DNA of 61,430 nucleotides, the filler included. It is 10 parts of 10 records of this genome, joined end to end, with 100 filler letters (N's around TTAATTAATTAA, not from the genome) between each part and the next. Parts side by side here need not be neighbours in the genome. Positions count along the whole stretch, not along the records: positions 50,992 to 61,430 come from SRR7504441_2660; 9 more parts are not named here. One strand, given 5' to 3'. Of the stretch, positions 56,910-61,430 are shown piece by piece. Position numbers and translations under genes: made by a program. Under the pieces are notes generated by a model, which was not told the DNA's origin, ran no database searches, and worked only from the letters and a program-made list of their open reading frames with translations. Each line of letters opens with the position of its first letter. The first letter of the stretch is position 1.

Positions 56910-58338
56910 ATGGCGAACGTAACCGAGACGAGCGTCATCATTGAATCCGTCACGAACGTGCACATCCACGCCCCGCCCATGTGGACCTCCGTCTCCAGCT
57001 GGATGGAGGGCCTGCTCAGCGAGCGGGAGTCATTCACAACCAGCTCCATGAGCGACGGCACCGTGCGCTGCCCGCCGGCCCAGAGCTGAGCCTGTTGCTA
57101 CGCAGCGGCTGGCCAAGCTGATCGAGGCCGTCACGGGCCAGAAGCCGCCGAGCGGTGCGCTCGGGCGCTGCGCCAGTGACTAGTTGCGCAGTTGATCCTC
57201 CGGGCAACCTGCAGCCGCTGCTTGAGTTCATGTCCGGCCTCGGACTGAACGTGCCGACTGACGAGGCCACCCTGGATCAGCTGCACCAGTGCCAGTATGA
57301 GGCATGGATCAGCGTGCTGTGGCCGCTGATACTCAGGTGGTGCCCATCCGGCCAATCAATGAGCCTGGTGCAGCGATCTAGTCGGCTGTGAGGGGTTTGA
57401 CGTGTCAGCGACCGAGGAGGAAGGCAAGAGTGCGTGCATCGAGTTCATCAGGAGGGCTGCGCCCGGAGTCGACGTGACCGATTTGAGCTCCTCGCTGCAG
57501 GACGGGAGCGTGTTTATTGAATTTGTTAGGAACACTCTCCCGAATGCTGAGCTGCCTGCAGACCAGCTGGAGACTAACCAGAGGCTGCACCACTGCCTGG
57601 GGCAAATATACACCGAGCTAGGGGTGCGGCCGATGATGACGGCCGAAGATATCAGCAGCGGCACCATGGACGAGAGGATGAGCATAATCTACTTCACTGT
57701 GCTCAAAAACAGGCTCGAGGAGCACAGCACGCTCCATAGGGAATCTAGCATGGCCGAGTTTAACCAGCAAGCGAACGAGCGCGGGTACGAGCACGTGGAC
57801 CAGCTTCAGTATAGAGTGGAGCACTTTGTCAACGACGGGCTCGAGTACGATGCCGAGATGATTCGCAACAAGTTTAGGCAGAGCAACGTGACAGAGAGCA
57901 GCGACCAGAGTGAACAGAAAACAAAGGAGAAGAGCAAAAAGAAGTCCAAGGATACAAAGGAGAAGAAAAAGAAGAAGAAGAGCGAGTCCAGCAAGCATCA
58001 TGTGAGCCAATCAAATTACTTTGAGACTCCTGACGGCGCCATCGAGTATGTTGCTGCTTATGAGAACCGCAGCGTATCAGAGATTGACCCGAATAGCACT
58101 AAAGTCCAGATTGCCTCCGAGATGACCCGATTCGAGCTCATGCATGTGCTGGAGCGCAGGGGATATACCTTCAAGGAGGCAAGGAAGACGGTCCATCGCC
58201 ACAAGCATGGCAGCTCGGGAGGCGGAGGGAGCAGCAGTTCGTCTTCCTCGTCATCATCGTCCAGCAGGTGCGCTGCCGAGCCTGCATGAACTGACTGGTT
58301 GCTCGCTGTGCAGCTCCTCGTCATCCAGTTCTGACTAG
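56910..58338 (+). CDS. Tandem calponin-homology (actinin/filamin-type actin-binding) domain protein, 4 introns
   Basis: Spliced: SWMEGLL...SDGT|RLAKLIEAVTG, LWPLILR, VTDLSSSLQDGSVF, ELGVRPMMTAEDI..DERMSIIYF; Lys-rich and poly-Ser tail. Confidence 0.78.
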
Positions 58339-58803
58339 TCATGCAACTGGCATGTACACTTGGCATAGCCCTTGCGCTTCAGCATTTGCATCTGACTCGA
58401 GATGGTTGCACAGTATGCATGCGCACCACAAAACTCGGACAAAACTTAAATACGTTCAACGTCGAGTGCGTTTGATTTGATTGTCTCCGACGGGGGGTGC
58501 GCATAGATAGACTTTTGAAGACTAAGTACTAGACTGAAGACTCGAAGACTACTAGTCTTACTACGACTAAGTACTGAGCTGTAAAAGTACTGTAAGTAGA
58601 TGTAATGAAGAACTAAATGAAGTGGTCTTATCGAAATAATCTTAAAATTGTAATTTAATCTTGAACACTATGCTTGGTGCTACCATAATTCAGTACTCGA
58701 CGTGTACTCGTATCAGTGTAGATCGTATCAATAATTTGAGGGCTCAGTTTTGCGGCTGAGTTCATTGTCACTCATGCTGGCAAGGGCTCTGCTATGGCAA
58801 AAA

Positions 58804-59694
58804 TCATTTTTTACCGTCTTTGGACTTCTTTCCATCATCAGCTCCCTCCTCGCTTTCTTCTTTCTTCTTCTTCTTCCCTGGCTTCTTCCCTTGCAAGTGG
58901 TGATGCGATGTCTCTAGGAAGTGTTTCAGTGCGCTTTGATGATCGTCATGTTCATGGTAGTCCCCACTCAGCGACAGAAAGTGGTGCGCTTCAGTCAGAC
59001 AAGCTGCCTTCTGCTGCTCCAGTTTGGCCAGCTTCTTGTTTGGCTTGTAGTGCAGATTGATTCCCTGAAGCAGTGGGATCATTGAGCCGACCATCGCTGC
59101 CTGGCCCGAAGCAAACCCCATCAGGTGCAGCATCGGGACCACCGTGCCCAGCGCCATGATGGAGAGCGACAGCACCTTGTCCAGCACCACCATCTGGTAG
59201 TGGTGAACGTTCACCTCGTGCAAAGGCTCCAGAAACAGGTTGTGCAGCTGGCGGAGCTGGGCCGGGGTGGCCGGCAGGTTGTGGATCTCGTCGCCGAGGC
59301 TCTCGAGCGACGGGTCCCGGTGGCAGAACTCCTCCATCTTCTCCTTGAGTCTCACCACCTCCGGGTCCTCCCCAGCCTCCAGGTCGTCGCTAAAGCTCGG
59401 CTGCTCCAGCTCGCCCACCGACACGCTCTCCCCCATCGAGCCGTACCCCGCGGGGCCGGCCGTCGGCTGAGCGGCCTCTGACTTGGAGGCAGGGCTGCGA
59501 TGCTGCTTCCACGAATCCCTGGCCGCCTCCACCCCCTGACTGCTCCAAAGCGCAGGCTTCTTGGGCGTCGGCCTCTGGGGCTCGCCTATCATCGGCTCCA
59601 TCTCCATCTCGCTGTCTGTCTGCTTGGACGCAGCGTGGGTCTCGGCCATCTTACGCAGCGTGCCACTCAATGACGGCTCCTCTTCGCTAGGCAT
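58804..59694 (-). CDS. SLATT/DUF4231-like two-transmembrane protein with a low-complexity N-terminus, intronless
   Basis: Two hydrophobic helices (LSLSIMALGTVVPML; AAMVGSMIPLLQGI), then LTEAHHFLSLSGDY..H..ALKHF, resembling DUF4231 LxxEgWxFxxLSGxY..H..AF..F. Confidence 0.6.
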   Translation of the reverse strand: MPSEEEPSLSGTLRKMAETHAASKQTDSEMEMEPMIGEPQRPTPKKPALWSSQGVEAARDSWKQHRSPASKSEAAQPTAGPAGYGSMGESVSVGELEQPSFSDDLEAGEDPEVVRLKEKMEEFCHRDPSLESLGDEIHNLPATPAQLRQLHNLFLEPLHEVNVHHYQMVVLDKVLSLSIMALGTVVPMLHLMGFASGQAAMVGSMIPLLQGINLHYKPNKKLAKLEQQKAACLTEAHHFLSLSGDYHEHDDHQSALKHFLETSHHHLQGKKPGKKKKKEESEEGADDGKKSKDGKK

Positions 59695-59836
59695 GCACAC
59701 CTTTTGATTCGGAGTTTTGTGTCGGTTGCAGATCGACACGCGTGCAGCAGGCACCACAGCGCACTGCAGCAGCAGCAGGGCACAGCGCACAGCCCGAGAC
59801 CGCAGGCGCGCCCGGTGCCGCCCGCCAGGAGCTGAG

Positions 59837-61430
59837 ATGGCGGACGCGGAGGACGCGGTGGTGCCCGATGATCAGGCGACGGTGAGCTCGACCAGCAAAA
59901 AGTCAGAGCAGGAGCAGCAGCGGGCCGAGGAGAAGGAGGCCAGGGAGGCCGAACGCGACGCGGCGCGCCAACAGGCCGTCGAGGACCGGAAGAAGCGGGT
60001 GGATGCCTATGTGGAGCAAGGGCTGTCCGCAGAGGAGGCTGATGCCAAAGTGCAAGCGGAGATCGCCGAGGAGACAAAGGCCGCGGTGGAATCAAAGCCC
60101 AAGCTGACCGAGGAAGAGAAACAGGCAAAGCAGGAGGAGGCTGAGGCTAAGAAGAAGGCGCGCGAGGACAAGAAGGCCAAGCGGGCGGAGGACAGGGCGG
60201 CGCGGGACGACGAGAAAGACGCCAAGCTGAAGGCCAAGGAAGACAGGAAGGACGAGAAGCTCCGGAAAGAGGGCGAGAAGCAGAAAGCGCGAGAGGAGAA
60301 GGACGCTGCCCGGCAAAAGAAAGCGGATGACATGGCGGCGGCAGCTGAAGCCGGGCAGGTCGTCGATGCTGAGATGGACGCCGAAGCCACTGCTGCAGCC
60401 GAGGAAGCTGAGGCCACGCGGGCCAAGGCGGCAGAGGATGCGAAGAAGCAGCAGGAGGAAGACGTGAAGCAGGTGCAGGACGAGAAGAAGCAGGAGGAGC
60501 AGAAGCGAGCTGAGAAGCAGGAGGAGCTCAGAGCGCTCGATGCAGAGCATAAAGCCGAGAAAGATCAGGTCGCGGCTGAGAAGAAGCAGGAGCGCTGGTT
60601 CAAGAAGCAGGAGCTGCAGGAGGAGGAGAAGGAGAAGTTCTCGGACGAGAAAGCTGCGGAGGAGGATCGGATCCAGCAGGAGGCGGCGCGAATTGAGCAG
60701 GAGGAGGGCAAGGACAAGGCCGAGGCCCTGTCGCTCGCGCGGGCCAAATTCGCGGAAGATAAGAAAAAGCAGCTGGAGGACGACGCGCGGACTGCGGAGA
60801 AACAGCGCCTGGCGGATGAATCGGCGCTGAAAAAGCAGATGGAAGCCCAGCACGCTGAAAAAGAGGAAGAGCTGAAGCGCCGTGATGCTGAAAAGGCAGA
60901 GGCGGCTAGACAACGGACGGAAAAGCAGGCCGAGCGGGCAAAGAAGGATCAGGCTCGCCATGATGCAAAAATGGGAGAATTTTCAGAGAGCAAGAAGACA
61001 TTTGCGACTGCATGCACTGAGGCACACCAGCAGGCGATGGAAAAGGTGGCTGCGTTTAACAAGTCACAGGACGATTCAAGAAAAAGGGAGAGGCTAGTCA
61101 GTTCCATATATAAGTCCATCTCCAACCAGGCAATAACTGAGGTGAAGGAAAAGCTGAGAGAGTGGGGGATCCCCATGAGGGAACACGAGCGGTATTCCAG
61201 GGACCGACTCAATCCACTCCCGAAAGAGTTGGAGGAAATCACCAGAGACAAGTTTTCACGGTATTATCACGATAATTGGGAGACTGTGACTCCTAGTGGG
61301 ACGCCATCTCAGACTCCGCGTATGCCGCCGATTGCTCAGGCTTGGGCTCAACATCAGAAAGCATCAACGGATGTCGAAACTGACCTAATGCTTGATTCGG
61401 AGCAGTTTGAGAGCTACAAAACCTCTCTAG
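59837..61430 (+). CDS. Glu/Lys/Ala/Arg-rich charged helical protein, open to the window end (absent from the ORF track)
   Basis: ATG at 59837 gives MADAEDAVVPDDQATVSS... and no in-frame stop was seen before 61430. The hydrophobic minus-strand ORFs here are its shadow. Confidence 0.8.
   Translation, partial: MADAEDAVVPDDQATVSSTSKKSEQEQQRAEEKEAREAERDAARQQAVEDRKKRVDAYVEQGLSAEEADAKVQAEIAEETKAAVESKPKLTEEEKQAKQEEAEAKKKAREDKKAKRAEDRAARDDEKDAKLKAKEDRKDEKLRKEGEKQKAREEKDAARQKKADDMAAAAEAGQVVDAEMDAEATAAAEEAEATRAKAAEDAKKQQEEDVKQVQDEKKQEEQKRAEKQEELRALDAEHKAEKDQVAAEKKQERWFKKQELQEEEKEKFSDEKAAEEDRIQQEAARIEQEEGKDKAEALSLARAKFAEDKKKQLEDDARTAEKQRLADESALKKQMEAQHAEKEEELKRRDAEKAEAARQRTEKQAERAKKDQARHDAKMGEFSESKKTFATACTEAHQQAMEKVAAFNKSQDDSRKRERLVSSIYKSISNQAITEVKEKLREWGIPMREHERYSRDRLNPLPKELEEITRDKFSRYYHDNWETVTPSGTPSQTPRMPPIAQAWAQHQKASTDVETDLMLDSEQFESYKTSL

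Noticed and set aside
335-58338. Apparent frameshifts and premature stops suggesting pseudogenes, programmed frameshifting or an alternative genetic code
   Set aside because: Those I traced resolve as short GT-AG or GC-AG introns under the standard code.
58505-58600. Short degenerate repeats (GAAGACT, GACTAAGTACT), similar to those at 5530-5560 and 26725-26780
   Set aside because: Irregular, with no constant repeat-spacer period; most likely slippage-derived intergenic sequence rather than CRISPR or a satellite.
5507-59694. A single 'defence island' made of the helicase, DNase II, PARP, dynamin-like GTPase, HET-LRR and SLATT genes
   Set aside because: These genes lie on different concatenated contigs, so their proximity in the window is not evidence of linkage.
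60007-60961. Leu/Phe-rich minus-strand 'membrane protein' ORFs (also the antisense ORFs within 36244-42356)
   Set aside because: They are antisense shadows of Glu/Lys/Gln-rich plus-strand coding sequence.
1-61430. rRNA or tRNA genes and a precise taxonomic assignment
   Set aside because: No recognisable structured RNA gene was seen, and the lineage cannot be fixed by eye beyond 'compact intron-rich unicellular eukaryote'.

Overview
This window is not one locus. It is ten contigs of a compact, GC-rich, intron-containing unicellular eukaryote (probably a protist MAG/SAG), joined by nine artificial 100-bp spacers (N-run, TTAATTAATTAA, N-run), so synteny only holds within a contig. The ORF track fragments most genes because they carry very short introns, mostly 35-60 nt; I traced roughly 55-60 by eye, including several GC-AG introns. 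Recognisable genes: p23-like tail, UDP-glucuronate 4-epimerase fusion, ALG12, a DUF885-like protein, a large-DNA-virus-type D6/D11 SF2 helicase with a J-domain, a LINE endonuclease relic, a PB1-WW protein, a GH-D-clan-like hydrolase, DNase II, an AGC-like kinase, an OTU fragment, SDHAF2, PP1, an LRR/multi-TM receptor, PARP, a NUGGC/SLIP-GC-like GTPase, a giant coiled coil ending in a GH36 C-terminal domain, a Cu-ATPase, a PL8 lyase, a HET-like/LRR protein, a PCIF1-like methyltransferase fused to a fibrinogen-like domain, a tandem-CH protein and a SLATT/DUF4231-like 2TM protein. The best leads are the unusual domain fusions, the prokaryote- or virus-type immunity modules in a spliced genome, and the mini-intron and intergenic-motif grammar. 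All family calls come from motif recognition by eye; no searches were run.
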